Part shown: piece after piece, positions 1-9,388 of the stretch
Layout of the letters: the number at the start of each line of letters is the position of its first letter
Numbering within the stretch: the first letter of the stretch is position 1
Origin: an uncultured Chloroflexia bacterium
GTDB lineage: Bacteria; Chloroflexota; Limnocylindria; Limnocylindrales; CSP1-4
DNA: 64,000 bases
Direction of reading: 5' to 3'
Assembly: GCA_963712745.1 (NCBI GenBank)
Contig: CAVQJC010000017.1
Location: 320,001 to 384,000 of the forward strand
Notes under the pieces: generated by a model
What the model was told of the DNA's origin: nothing
Seen by the model: the letters and a program-made list of their open reading frames with translations, nothing else
Database searches by the model: none
Position numbers and translations under genes: made by a program

Positions 1-24
1 GACTTGGTTGAGCGTCGTGGTCAT
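1..24 (-). CDS. 5' end of a gene continuing beyond the window (MTTTLNQV...), probably next gene of the Hdr-like operon
   Basis: ATG at 24-22 with AGGAGG (cctcct 31-36) upstream; only 8 codons visible. Confidence 0.5.
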
Positions 25-75
25 GTCAGACCTCCTTGCGTAGCTTGGGACCGAAAGGTTGGATGTCTCGACCAC

Positions 76-1269
76 TCACACCTCCGCTTCGCTGGCGTTC
101 GATCGCTCGCGACCAAGAGCTTGGAAGAACAGGGCCAGTGGTCGATAGAACGCATGGGCCAGCTTCATGAATGGGGCCAGCAAGACCAGCTCCATGGCTA
201 CCGCGACGTGGAACAGGAACACCCAGTAGCCCCAGGCCGGTGCGCTGGGCAGGTACAGAGCCAGTTCCAGGGCGAAACCGGTCACGCCGGTGATCCAGAC
301 CAGGGCCAGCAGCGTCCAGTCGGCTGCCGTGGAATGCTGGACCGACGGCTCAGCGGCACGGAAGCGTCGCACGATCAGCATCGTCGAGCCGTACACGAGC
401 ATCAGGCCTGCGACCGTTCCAAGCAGTCGGACGGGATACCAGATGGGCACCGGCGTGCCTGTTTCCTTGATGCCGGCCAGCGCCAGCCCGTAGTCGAGGA
501 CGGTCGCGGCCAGCAAGCCCAGGAAACCCCACATCGTGGCGCCGTGGAGGAACCAGCGCTGCAGGTACCAGGGTTTGCCGCCCTCGGCCTCGTCCTCATC
601 ATCACAGTCGCGGCGGTAGCGGCGCTGGCCCAGCGATTCGATGGCCAGCGCCGCCCACATCGCTCGGGCCGCAGCGACCACCGCCGACCGGCCAGCCACG
701 ATCGAGCGCAGGGTCACGCCTTCGATCCGGCCCAGGGCCCGGGCCATCATGGCGAAGCCGGCGATGCCCGCCGCGAAGACCACGACCATGACCGCGATCC
801 CCAGATCGTGGATGAGCGCCTCGGGAATGAAGCCGAAGATGTCGAGCGACTCGCTGGACTGCTCGCCTTGTGCGGTGAGCATGAAGAGTGCGAAGAGGGC
901 AGCCAGGGCGACGGCGATGACGGTCCCGACGATCGGTCGCGTGTACAGCGTGCGAGCCAGGCCGGTGCGGTCGTAGTGGCCGATGGCATAGCGCCGGGCG
1001 GCGGCCATGAACTCACTCGGTTCAGCCTGCGTGGGGCAGGTTTCGGAGCACTCGCCGCAGGCGTAGCAGGTCCACAGCTCCTTGCTGCCGAGGAGCTGGT
1101 CTCGCATACCGACCTGAGCGTAGCGGATGATGCGGCGCGGGAAGTTGGCATCGTCGCTGACGAGAGGGCAGGAAGCGGTACAGGTGCCGCAGCTGAAACA
1201 GGCCGAGACATCGGCGGCGCCGTAACGCTGGACGTCGGTGAGCAGCTCGGTATCGACGAGGGTCGCCAT
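76..1269 (-). CDS. QmoC-like protein: HdrC-type 4Fe-4S dicluster N-terminus fused to a NarI/HdrE-like membrane domain
   Basis: CFSCGTCTASCP and CYACGECSETCP motifs, then ~6 hydrophobic helices with His (LHGATMWGF, LFHVAV, KLAHAFYRP); ATG overlaps upstream stop, GGAGGG RBS. Confidence 0.85.
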   Translation of the reverse strand: MATLVDTELLTDVQRYGAADVSACFSCGTCTASCPLVSDDANFPRRIIRYAQVGMRDQLLGSKELWTCYACGECSETCPTQAEPSEFMAAARRYAIGHYDRTGLARTLYTRPIVGTVIAVALAALFALFMLTAQGEQSSESLDIFGFIPEALIHDLGIAVMVVVFAAGIAGFAMMARALGRIEGVTLRSIVAGRSAVVAAARAMWAALAIESLGQRRYRRDCDDEDEAEGGKPWYLQRWFLHGATMWGFLGLLAATVLDYGLALAGIKETGTPVPIWYPVRLLGTVAGLMLVYGSTMLIVRRFRAAEPSVQHSTAADWTLLALVWITGVTGFALELALYLPSAPAWGYWVFLFHVAVAMELVLLAPFMKLAHAFYRPLALFFQALGRERSNASEAEV

Positions 1270-1514
1270 CAGCTCCCTCCCTCGATCGCTGCATAGCGGA
1301 AGTACCCGTCGCCATCGACAGCACCGACCTCGTGGACCCGCCCGTAGCGGCGCATGCCCATGATCCAGAAGAGGACCTCGTGGCTGGGGCATCCCATGGC
1401 CGCGGCAAGCTCGGGCACCGTGAGCGGTCCACTTCCCAGCAGCTCGAGGATCTGGGCTCGCATGATGGGCTCCTCCCGGATGACCTCGCGGACCTCGCGC
1501 TTCGTGACGTTCAT
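1269..1514 (-). CDS. small winged-helix protein (81 aa)
   Basis: ILELLGSGPLTVPELAAAMG HTH-like pattern; coupled to both neighbours. Confidence 0.7.
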   Translation of the reverse strand: MNVTKREVREVIREEPIMRAQILELLGSGPLTVPELAAAMGCPSHEVLFWIMGMRRYGRVHEVGAVDGDGYFRYAAIEGGS

Positions 1515-3253
1515 GCGACCGGGACCTCCAGGAGCTTGTCGATCATGGCGGTGACCTGGGCGTCGGTGTAGCCGAGCAGGTCGATGGCGTTCTCAGGACA
1601 GACCGGCACGCAGCCGCCGCAGCCCTTGCAGCCGCTCTCACTGATGACGGCCACGTTGCGTCCGTCCGTCACCTGCATGGTGATGGCGGCATAGGGGCAG
1701 GCATCGAGGCACACGCCGCAGTCGGTACAGGCCTCGGCAGCCACGACCGCGACCAGCGGGTCGAGCTCGGCGAAGCCCTTCTTGAGGATGGCCGCGCTCT
1801 GTGTCACCGCGGCCAGCCCTGAGGCCACGCTTTCGCTCGAGTTCCGTGGCGCCTGGCAGGCACCGGCGATGAAGACGCCATCGACCACGGTCTCGACCGG
1901 GCGCAACTTGGGGTGGATCTCGTTGAAGAAGCCATCCTTGTCGGTGGGCAGCTTGAGCACGCTGATGAGCTCGTCGTTCTGGCGCGGGACCATGGCCGTG
2001 ACCAGGACCACGAGGTCGACCGGAATGTCCAGCTCGGCCCCAGCGGTGAGCTGGTCATGGACGTTGACGAGCAGGCCGCCGTCATCGCGGCGCGCCACGG
2101 TGGGCGGAGCGTCATCGGCGAACTTGAGGTAGACCGAGCCGCGCTTGCGGGACTCGGTGTACATCGTTTCGTACTTGCCGTACGTGCGCATGTCCCGGTA
2201 GAGGTGGTACTGGCGGATCCGGCTGTCGCGCGAGGACAGCTCGATCGAGGCCGCCACCGTGGCCGCGCAGCAGAAGCGGGAACAGTATTCCCGCGCCCCG
2301 GGCTGGCCGGCTGGCTGACGGCTGCCGACACAGTAGACATAGGCCACGCTGCGCACCGGACGACCGGCGTGCATCACGGCACCGTCGGCTCCGTCGATGA
2401 GCTTCTTGAACTCCGGCAGGGTCATGACACCGTCGATGCCGTAGCCGTACTCCCCGATCTCGGGCGTATAGGTGTCGACACCGGTGGTGACCACGATCGA
2501 GCCGACCTCCACGGTGAGCTGATCGGGGTCGGCACCGCCGATGCGGATACCGACCTGGTAGTTGCCGAAGGTGCCGGCCTTGCTGACCATCTCGGCCTCG
2601 GTGAAGACACGGATGGCGGGGCGTTGCCGGACGGCCTCGATGAGCTCAGCCACCAGGTGGTGTCCATCCTTGCCGTTGGGGTACATGGCCCCGAAGCTCC
2701 CGACCCAGCCGCCCAGCTCGGGCTGACGTTCGACGAGGAACACCCCGAGGCCGATGTCGGCCAGGCCGATGGCCGCGCGCAGTCCGGCCACGCCACCGCC
2801 GATGACCAGCGTGCGCGGCGTGGTCTCGACGACCACGGGCTCCAGGGGCTCGGTCAGGAGCGTTCGGGCGATCCCGGCCCGAACGAGGTGGATGGCCTTG
2901 TCGGTCGTGCCCTGGGCATCGTCGGAGTGGATCCACGAGGCCTGCTCGCGGACGTTCACCTGGGTGTACTCGTAGGGGTTCAGGCCGGCTCGCTTGGCGA
3001 CACCGCGGAAGGTGGTGACATGGAGCTTGGGCGAGCACGAGGCCACGACCAGCCCGTCGAGTCTCTGCTCATCGATATCGCGTTCCATGTCCTGTTGGCC
3101 CGCGTCGGAACAGGCGAACGTCATCTGGCGCGCCACGACCACGCCCGGTTCGGCTTGAGCGGCCGCCACCACCTGGTCGACGTCGACGTAGTCGGAGATG
3201 TTGCCGCCGCAGTGGCAGACGTAGACGCCGATGCGTCGTTGCTCGTCGGTCAT
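1511..3253 (-). CDS. hdrA: heterodisulfide reductase subunit A family flavoprotein (HdrA/QmoB-like)
   Basis: IGVYVCHCGGNI, VVASCSPKLH, GGGVAG FAD motif, CVGSR..YCSRFCC, EIHPKLRPVET, C-terminal 2x[4Fe-4S]. Confidence 0.9.
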   Translation of the reverse strand: MTDEQRRIGVYVCHCGGNISDYVDVDQVVAAAQAEPGVVVARQMTFACSDAGQQDMERDIDEQRLDGLVVASCSPKLHVTTFRGVAKRAGLNPYEYTQVNVREQASWIHSDDAQGTTDKAIHLVRAGIARTLLTEPLEPVVVETTPRTLVIGGGVAGLRAAIGLADIGLGVFLVERQPELGGWVGSFGAMYPNGKDGHHLVAELIEAVRQRPAIRVFTEAEMVSKAGTFGNYQVGIRIGGADPDQLTVEVGSIVVTTGVDTYTPEIGEYGYGIDGVMTLPEFKKLIDGADGAVMHAGRPVRSVAYVYCVGSRQPAGQPGAREYCSRFCCAATVAASIELSSRDSRIRQYHLYRDMRTYGKYETMYTESRKRGSVYLKFADDAPPTVARRDDGGLLVNVHDQLTAGAELDIPVDLVVLVTAMVPRQNDELISVLKLPTDKDGFFNEIHPKLRPVETVVDGVFIAGACQAPRNSSESVASGLAAVTQSAAILKKGFAELDPLVAVVAAEACTDCGVCLDACPYAAITMQVTDGRNVAVISESGCKGCGGCVPVCPENAIDLLGYTDAQVTAMIDKLLEVPVA

Positions 3254-5960
3254 GACGCCACCTCCTCTCGCTCCAGGAAGGCCGCGACTTGGGCCACCGT
3301 CGACCCGGCGTGGAGGATCGAGTCGGCGATGTCCTTGACACCGGATGCGGCGCCGGCCACATAGACGCCGGGGATGTTGGTCTGGCCGGGGTCGGTGTCC
3401 TCGTTGGGCTCCGCTACATAGCGGTACTCGTCGAGCGAGAGGCTGCCCTCGGGGAACAGCGCCGAGGCATCACTGTTGGGCTGGACGCCGACCGCGAGCA
3501 CGACCAGGTCGTACTCGGCCTCGACCAGCGCGCCGCCGTTCTCGATGTCCTCGTAGCGGAGCACGAGGTCACCGTTGTCCGTCTCGGTGATCTTGGCCAC
3601 GCGACCCTTGACGTAGTTCGCACCCATGGCCTTGGCCTGCTCGTAGAACTCGTCGTAGCGCTTGCCGGCCGCGCGCATGTCCATGTAGTGGACCGTCACG
3701 TCGGCGATGGGCAGGGCGCCCATGATCAGCTGGTTCTGCTTGATGGAGTACATGCAGCAGAAGCGCGAGCACAGCGGGTTGCCCACGGTCTCGTCACGTG
3801 AGCCCGTGCACATCACGTAGGCGATGCGCTCGGGCACCTTGCCGTCTCCGGGTCGGAGGATGGTGTTGAACGGCCGCGTCGGTGCGAGCAGCCGGTCCAT
3901 CTGCATGCCGGTGATGACGTTCTTGAAGGTGCCGTAGCCGTACTCCGGCTTGAGGTCCGCGGCGAAGAGCTTGAAGCCGGTGGCCACCACGACGGCTCCG
4001 ACCTCGACCGTGCTGGTCTGGTCCTGGGCGCGCAGGTCGATGCAGTCCTCGACCGGGCAGGCCGCGACACACTCGCCGCACTCCGAGCAGACGCCGCAGT
4101 CGAGACAGAGACCGGCGCCGTAGCGTGCCTCGGCCTCGGACATGGGCAGCTCCACCTCGCTGAAGTCGGCGGGGGCGGGGCTGATGACCTCGCTGGCGGC
4201 CGCTGGCCGTGCCTCTCGGTAGGCCTGCTGACGCGCCAGCACCTCGCCCTTGTCGACCGCGGGCAGACGCAGGTCGAAGCCTTCCAGCGTCCGATCCTGG
4301 ACCCAGCGGTCGATCATGAAGGCGGCTCGCTGGCCCTGGCCGGTGGCGCGGGTGATGTCCGAGGCCCCCGAGACGACGTCGCCGGCGGCGAAGAGCCACG
4401 GCACTGCGGTCTGCAGCGTGCGCTCGTCCGCCTCGATCGCCCCACTTGCGCTGGTCTCGACCCGTTCGGCGAAAGCGGCCGTGTCGGGCGACATGCCGAT
4501 GGCGGTGATGACGACGTCGCAGTCGAGGTCGAAGTCGCTGCCCGGCAGCGGCTGCGGGCGCCGCCGGCCCGAGGCGTCCGGCTGCCCGGGTGCCATCTTC
4601 GTACAGCGCAGCGCACGCACCGCGCCCGGCGCCATCGGAGAGCACCTCCAGTGGTGCCGCGTGGAAGACGAAGCCGACCCCTTCTTTCTCGGTATCGTCG
4701 GCCTCGACGTGGTGTGCGGGCATCTCGTCGCGGCTGCGTCGGTAGACCACCCTGACCTCGCTGGCGCCCAGTCGCCGGGCGGTGCGGGCAGTGTCCATGG
4801 CCACGTTGCCACCGCCGATGACGAGGACCCGGCGACCGCCGAGGTCGACGTCCCCACCGAGCTTCACCGAGCGCAGGAACCCCGTCCCGCTGAGGACGCC
4901 CTCGAGCTCATCGCCGGGCACGCCGAGACGCGTCGAGAGCGGTGTGCCGGTCGCGACCAGGACGACCTCGTAGCCGTCGTCGTGGAGCGCCGAGAGGTCC
5001 TCGACCGCGGCGTCCACCTCGATCTCGACGCCCAGGGCGGTGACGTTGGCGATGTCGCGCTCGACGACGGCGGTGGGCAGCCGGTACTCGGGGATGGCCA
5101 GGCGCAGGAAGCCGCCCGCCTCGGGCGCGGCTTCGAAGATCTTCACGGCGTAGCCCTTGCGCGCCAGCTGCCAGGCGGCCGTCAGGCCGGCCGGTCCCGA
5201 GCCGACGATCGCGACGCGATGTCCATTCGGTTCGGCCACGCTGATGCCGGGTCCGTCGTCGTGGGCGTAGTGCTCGTCGGCGACGAAGCGCTTGAGACGC
5301 CGGATGGGGATGGGGCCCTCGAGTTCGGCCCGCGAGCAGTCGACTTCGCAGGGCGCGTAGCAGGCACGTCCGAGCGTGCCGACCAGCGGTGTGGCCTCGA
5401 GCACGAGTTGGAAGGCCTTCTCGTACTCGCCGCTCCGGACGAGCGAGACGTAGCCGTGAGCCTGGATGCCGGCAGGGCAGGTGAAGGAACAGGGGGACGA
5501 GCCGGCCCGCTCGATGACCGCCTTCTTGGGCACGGCCTGCGGGAAGGCGATGTAGGCGGCGTGGCGCGCCACCAGTGTCGGCGTTGAACTGATCGGGCAC
5601 CGAGACCGTGCAGGCCGTCTCGCACTTCTGGCAGCCGGTGCAGGCGGCTTCGTCGACGAACCGTGCCTTCTGCTTGATGGTGGCACCGAAGTGACCGTCG
5701 GCCAGACGTTCGATGCCGTCGACCTCGGTGTAGGTCATGGTCGTGACGTTGGGGTGGTGGATCGAGGCCGCCATCTTCGGCGTGGAGATGCAGCTGGCGC
5801 AGTCAAGGGTCGGGAAGACCTTGCTCAGCAGGATCATCTTGCCGCCCACGCTGGCTTCCTTCTCCACCAGCAGCACGCGGTAGCCCATGTCTCCCAGCTT
5901 GAGCGCGGATTCCATCCCGCCGATGCCGGCGCCGACGACGAGGACGTCGTAGTCGGTCAC
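3250..5960 (-). CDS. large HdrA with inserted GltD/NfnB-like NAD(P)H oxidoreductase module (HdrL-type); two +1 frameshifts (~5576, ~4621) in this sequence
   Basis: GTG start 5960 (TDYDVLVVGAGIGG..FPTLDCASC), next frame PCSFTCPAG..GSGPAGL..GGGNVAMD..YRRSR, third frame CLDCGVCSECGECVAACP..CTGSRD..CSRFCC; joined from ORFs 4908-6059, 3794-5686, 3250-4857. Confidence 0.85.
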
Positions 5961-6406
5961 GACACCACCTCCCGCGGAGTCCATCGCGGCCAGCGCCTGG
6001 CTGAACTGCTGGACATGCCTGGTGAAGGGTTCGGCGCAGACCGAGCAGATGGCGGCCATCCGCAGCCGGGAGGGACTCGTGGCCGCCCGCTGTCAGCATC
6101 TCCTGGGCGCGCGCCACGATCCGCGAGGCGCGCTTGGAACAATCGGGCAGGTAGGCGCACTCGTCGCCATCCGAGGCGATGAAGACGCCATCGAAGCCTT
6201 CTTCGATGGCGTGGCTGATCCAGCTTGGGCGGATGCCGCTGGTGCAGGGCAGGCTGATGACCATGACGCCCGGGGAGTAGGACATGTGTGAGCTCCCGGC
6301 CAGGTCGATGCCCGGGTCGGAGATGTTGTTGGTCGAGAACACGAGGATGCGCGGGACGCCCGTGTCGGTCAGCCTCTCTGGGCTTCTCCGGTGCGAGGGT
6401 GCTCAT
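5957..6406 (-). CDS. mvhD: MvhD/FlpD-like hydrogenase iron-sulfur subunit; apparent +1 frameshifts (~6380, ~6077, ~5980)
   Basis: PRILVFSTNNISDPGIDLAG..LPCTSG..GFDGVFIASDGDECAY..RLRMAAICSVCAEPF assembled across frames; ATG 6406 with GGAAAGG upstream. Confidence 0.75.
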   Translation of the reverse strand: MSTLAPEKPREADRHGRPAHPRVLDQQHLRPGHRPGRELTHVLLPGRHGHQPALHQRHPPKLDQPRHRRRLRWRLHRLGWRRVRLPARLFQARLADRGARPGDADSGRPRVPPGCGWPPSARSAPNPSPGMSSSSARRWPRWTPREVVS

Positions 6407-6449
6407 CGTGGCCTGCCTTTCCTGCCGGTGAGCGACGTGTGGCGGGGCG

Positions 6450-6725
6450 CTACTTCTGGCGCACCACGAAGGTCCGCTCGTAGCCCTCAGCCGGAAGCGT
6501 GCCCAGGTAGGTGTGGCCCATCTTGGCCGACCAGGCACTGACATCGGTCTTGGTGGCCGGGTCGGTCGACCAGAGCTCGATGGTCTCGCCGACCGCGATG
6601 GAGGGCATGGTCTTCTTGGCCTCGAGAAGAGGGCCCGGGCAGGCGCTGCCGCGGGCATCGACGACCTTGGCGGCCGTGATCTCGCCGAGCTCGCTATCGC
6701 TGAGTGGGGTCGTGCTGGTGGTCAT
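6450..6725 (-). CDS. tusA: TusA family sulfur carrier
   Basis: VDARGSACPGPLLEAKK (CPxP), STDP motif, 91 aa, AGGAG RBS. Confidence 0.9.
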   Translation of the reverse strand: MTTSTTPLSDSELGEITAAKVVDARGSACPGPLLEAKKTMPSIAVGETIELWSTDPATKTDVSAWSAKMGHTYLGTLPAEGYERTFVVRQK

Positions 6726-6882
6726 GGGAGCCGTCTCCTGTTGCTTGATCCGGAACGCTTGGCCCGGGCGGATGCCCGGCACGCTGTGGCCGGTGGTGGG
6801 CCTGGTCGGTGTACTCGTGATCGATGGGCCGTACGCGAACTCCTCAGTTGATGTGCAACACGTCGATGGATGTCGATCGGAC

Positions 6883-7290
6883 CTAGATGAACAGGATCTG
6901 GCCGTCGTCGGCAGCGGCCAGGAAGGCCGCGATGCCACCTGCCTCATCGACGAGCGGGTCGAGCGCTGCGGCGTCAAGTCCCAGGGTTGCCAGGGACCCG
7001 GCGCAGGCGCGGATGGAGACCTCACCCAGTTCCTTGGCCTGGCGGAACGTCTCGAGCCAGGGGATCTCGCCGACGTGCTCGACCGGCTCGTTCCAGCGTG
7101 GCCGGGATGCGTCATAGGCCAGGCCGTGTTCGTTGCCGATGCGGTCGGCCCGGAACGCGTCGAGGGCCCAGTACATCAGCAGGATGTTCACTGACATGCC
7201 CATGGCGGCAGCGCCGGCGGCGATGGTGGCTGCGGCGTGGAGCTTGTCGTCCGTGCCGGAGAAGAGGACGACCGAAAGCTTGTCGCTCAT
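6883..7290 (-). CDS. DsrE/DsrF-like (DrsE) sulfur relay protein
   Basis: KLSVVLFSGTDDKL..AAAMG..YWAL..IRACAGS..GIAAFL..QILFI pattern. Confidence 0.8.
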   Translation of the reverse strand: MSDKLSVVLFSGTDDKLHAAATIAAGAAAMGMSVNILLMYWALDAFRADRIGNEHGLAYDASRPRWNEPVEHVGEIPWLETFRQAKELGEVSIRACAGSLATLGLDAAALDPLVDEAGGIAAFLAAADDGQILFI

Positions 7291-7661
7291 GAGTGTTCTC
7301 GCTTGCTGCTGGTGACGACTTCTGGCCGCGACGCGCTGGCGGCAGCAGCGAGGTCTCCCATGCGCGACAGCCGTCGCACCAGCACCTCCCGCATCAGCCC
7401 ACAAGCCGCGAGGATCTGGGGGTCGGCCACCATGTAGCGGTGGTTACGGCCGTCGCGGACCGATTCGACGAGGCCGGCGCGCCGCATGGCCCCGAGGTGT
7501 TGCGAAGTAGCCGCCTGGCCTAGACCGAGCTCGTCGGCGAGCTCGTTGACCTCGTGAGGGCGCTCGCCCAGCAGGTGAAGGATGCGAAGTCGATGCCTGC
7601 TCGCGAGCGACCGCAGCAACGACGCCTGCAGGTCCTCGATGTCGGCCATCGGGCTTGTCAC
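7287..7661 (-). CDS. ArsR/SmtB family transcriptional regulator
   Basis: LASRHRLRILHLL..VNELADELGLGQAATSQHL..GLVESVRDG; GTG with AAGGAGG RBS. Confidence 0.9.
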   Translation of the reverse strand: MTSPMADIEDLQASLLRSLASRHRLRILHLLGERPHEVNELADELGLGQAATSQHLGAMRRAGLVESVRDGRNHRYMVADPQILAACGLMREVLVRRLSRMGDLAAAASASRPEVVTSSKREHS

Positions 7662-7734
7662 CGTCGTGCCTCCTTCTCGTTGATCGCGCCCTGCGTCATG
7701 GAGGTGGCCTGTCGTCCTGACGCTATTCGTCTGA

Positions 7735-7765
7735 GGCGAATATATGTTTAGACCATATATTAGCC
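7735..7765. promoter_or_regulatory. AT-rich inverted repeat, probable ArsR operator
   Basis: GGCGAATATATG-N7-CATATATTAGCC (11/12 arms) between the divergent arsR and pnt genes. Confidence 0.7.
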
Positions 7766-7920
7766 ATGAGCCGTTGGTCACCATCGGTGGAGCCATGCGG
7801 CTCCGTTGTCGGGCTGCCCGGGCCGAAGCTCGGCAATTCGCATTACACTTGCGCCCACCGGCGCCCGGCATTCCCGCCGTCGCGCGCCAGCTCATCATTT
7901 CTGACGATCGGGGTTCCTGG

Positions 7921-9069
7921 ATGAGGATTGCCACCGTTAAGGAGACCGCGCCTAATGAACGGCGGGTCGCCCTCGTGCCTGAGGCCATCGGCAAACTGAC
8001 TGCCGCTGGGCACGAGGTTCTGGTACAGGCCGGCGCCGGAGAGGGCGCGTCGATCCCGGACACGGACTTCTCCGCGGCCGGGGCCAAGGTCGTGGCAGAG
8101 GACGCGCTCTACGCGCAGGCCGACGTGGTCCTGCGCGTGCAGAAGCCCACGCCCGAGGAGATCGGCAAGCTGCGTAAGGGGCAGGTCGTCCTGGGCCTGC
8201 TGCAGCCGCTCATCGACCCGCAGAACTCGCAGGCGCTGGCCAACGCCGGCGTCACCGCCATCAGCCTCGATACCTTGCCGCGGACGCTCTCACGCGCGCA
8301 GACGATGGATGCGCTGTCGTCCCAGGCCAACGTCGGCGGCTACAAGGCCGTGATCATGGCCGCGGATGCCTACGGTCGCTACTTCCCGCTGCTGACCACG
8401 GCTGCCGGCACGGCCAAGCCGGCCAACGTGCTCATCCTGGGCATCGGTGTGGCCGGTCTGCAGGCCATCGCCACGGCCAAGCGCCTGGGCGCGGTGGTGA
8501 AGGCATACGACGTGCGCTCGGAGACGAGGGAGCAGGCCCGATCGCTCGGCGCCCAGTTCCTCACCCTCGAGTCGGTGGCCGACGCCACGGGCGAGGGCGG
8601 CTACGCCCGTGAGCTGACCGAAGACGAGAAGGCCGCGCAGCAGGCCGAGCTCAACCAGCACATCAGTTCGATGGACGTGGTCATCACCACGGCCCAGGTC
8701 CCCGGCCGCCGACCGCCGTTGCTGGTCACCGCCGAGGCGGTTCGTAATATGAAGGCGGGTTCGGTCATCGTGGACATGGCCGCCAGCGCGCTCGGCGGCA
8801 ACGTCGAGCTCTCCGTTCCGGACGACACCATCGTGACCGACAACGGCGTGACCATCATCGCGCCGACCAACCTGCCAGCCACCATGCCCGGCGGCGCGAG
8901 CGGCTTCTACGCCCGCAACATCAGCGCCCTGCTGACGCACTTCATCAAGGATGGGGAGATGACGTTCGACTTCGAGGACGAGATCACCGAAGGCACGGTC
9001 ATCACGCACGACGGCAAGGTCGTGCATGAGACCACGGCCAAGTTGCTTTCCGAAGGCGGTGCCGCATGA
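7921..9069 (+). CDS. pntAA: NAD(P) transhydrogenase alpha subunit part 1
   Basis: KETAPNERRVALVP, RAQTMDALSSQANVGGYKAV, GIGVAGLQAIATAKRLGA. Confidence 0.97.
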   Translation: MRIATVKETAPNERRVALVPEAIGKLTAAGHEVLVQAGAGEGASIPDTDFSAAGAKVVAEDALYAQADVVLRVQKPTPEEIGKLRKGQVVLGLLQPLIDPQNSQALANAGVTAISLDTLPRTLSRAQTMDALSSQANVGGYKAVIMAADAYGRYFPLLTTAAGTAKPANVLILGIGVAGLQAIATAKRLGAVVKAYDVRSETREQARSLGAQFLTLESVADATGEGGYARELTEDEKAAQQAELNQHISSMDVVITTAQVPGRRPPLLVTAEAVRNMKAGSVIVDMAASALGGNVELSVPDDTIVTDNGVTIIAPTNLPATMPGGASGFYARNISALLTHFIKDGEMTFDFEDEITEGTVITHDGKVVHETTAKLLSEGGAA

Positions 9070-9386
9070 GTGGTGAGATCAGCCTTCTTGGCTCGCTGGT
9101 CATCTTCATCCTGGCCGTCCTGGTCGGCTTCGAGGTCATCAGCAAGGTCCCCGCGACCCTGCACACCCCGCTCATGTCCGGTGCCAACTCCATCCACGGC
9201 ATCGTGCTCATCGGCGGCATGATCATCGCCGCCGAGGCAGACGAAATCCTGGGCTACACGCTAGCCCTCGTGGCCGTCCTCTTCGGCGCCATGAACGTGG
9301 TCGGTGGCTATGTCGTGACCGACCGCATGCTGCAGATGTTCAGGAAGAAGCCCACCGCCCCCAAGGCCGACGGTAAGGAGGCCTAG
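9066..9386 (+). CDS. pntAB: NAD(P) transhydrogenase alpha subunit part 2
   Basis: VPATLHTPLMSGANSIHG, NVVGGYVVTDRMLQMF. Confidence 0.97.
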   Translation: MSGEISLLGSLVIFILAVLVGFEVISKVPATLHTPLMSGANSIHGIVLIGGMIIAAEADEILGYTLALVAVLFGAMNVVGGYVVTDRMLQMFRKKPTAPKADGKEA

Positions 9387-9388
9387 GG

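Noticed and set aside
4908-6059. Apparent MvhD-HdrA fusion
   Set aside because: GGAGGT RBS plus GTGA overlap at 5957-5960 and a natural ..REVVS* end in the shifted frame point to separate genes with a +1 error
4615-6390. Programmed ribosomal frameshifting
   Set aside because: No slippery heptamers at the sites; too many shifts of the same sign
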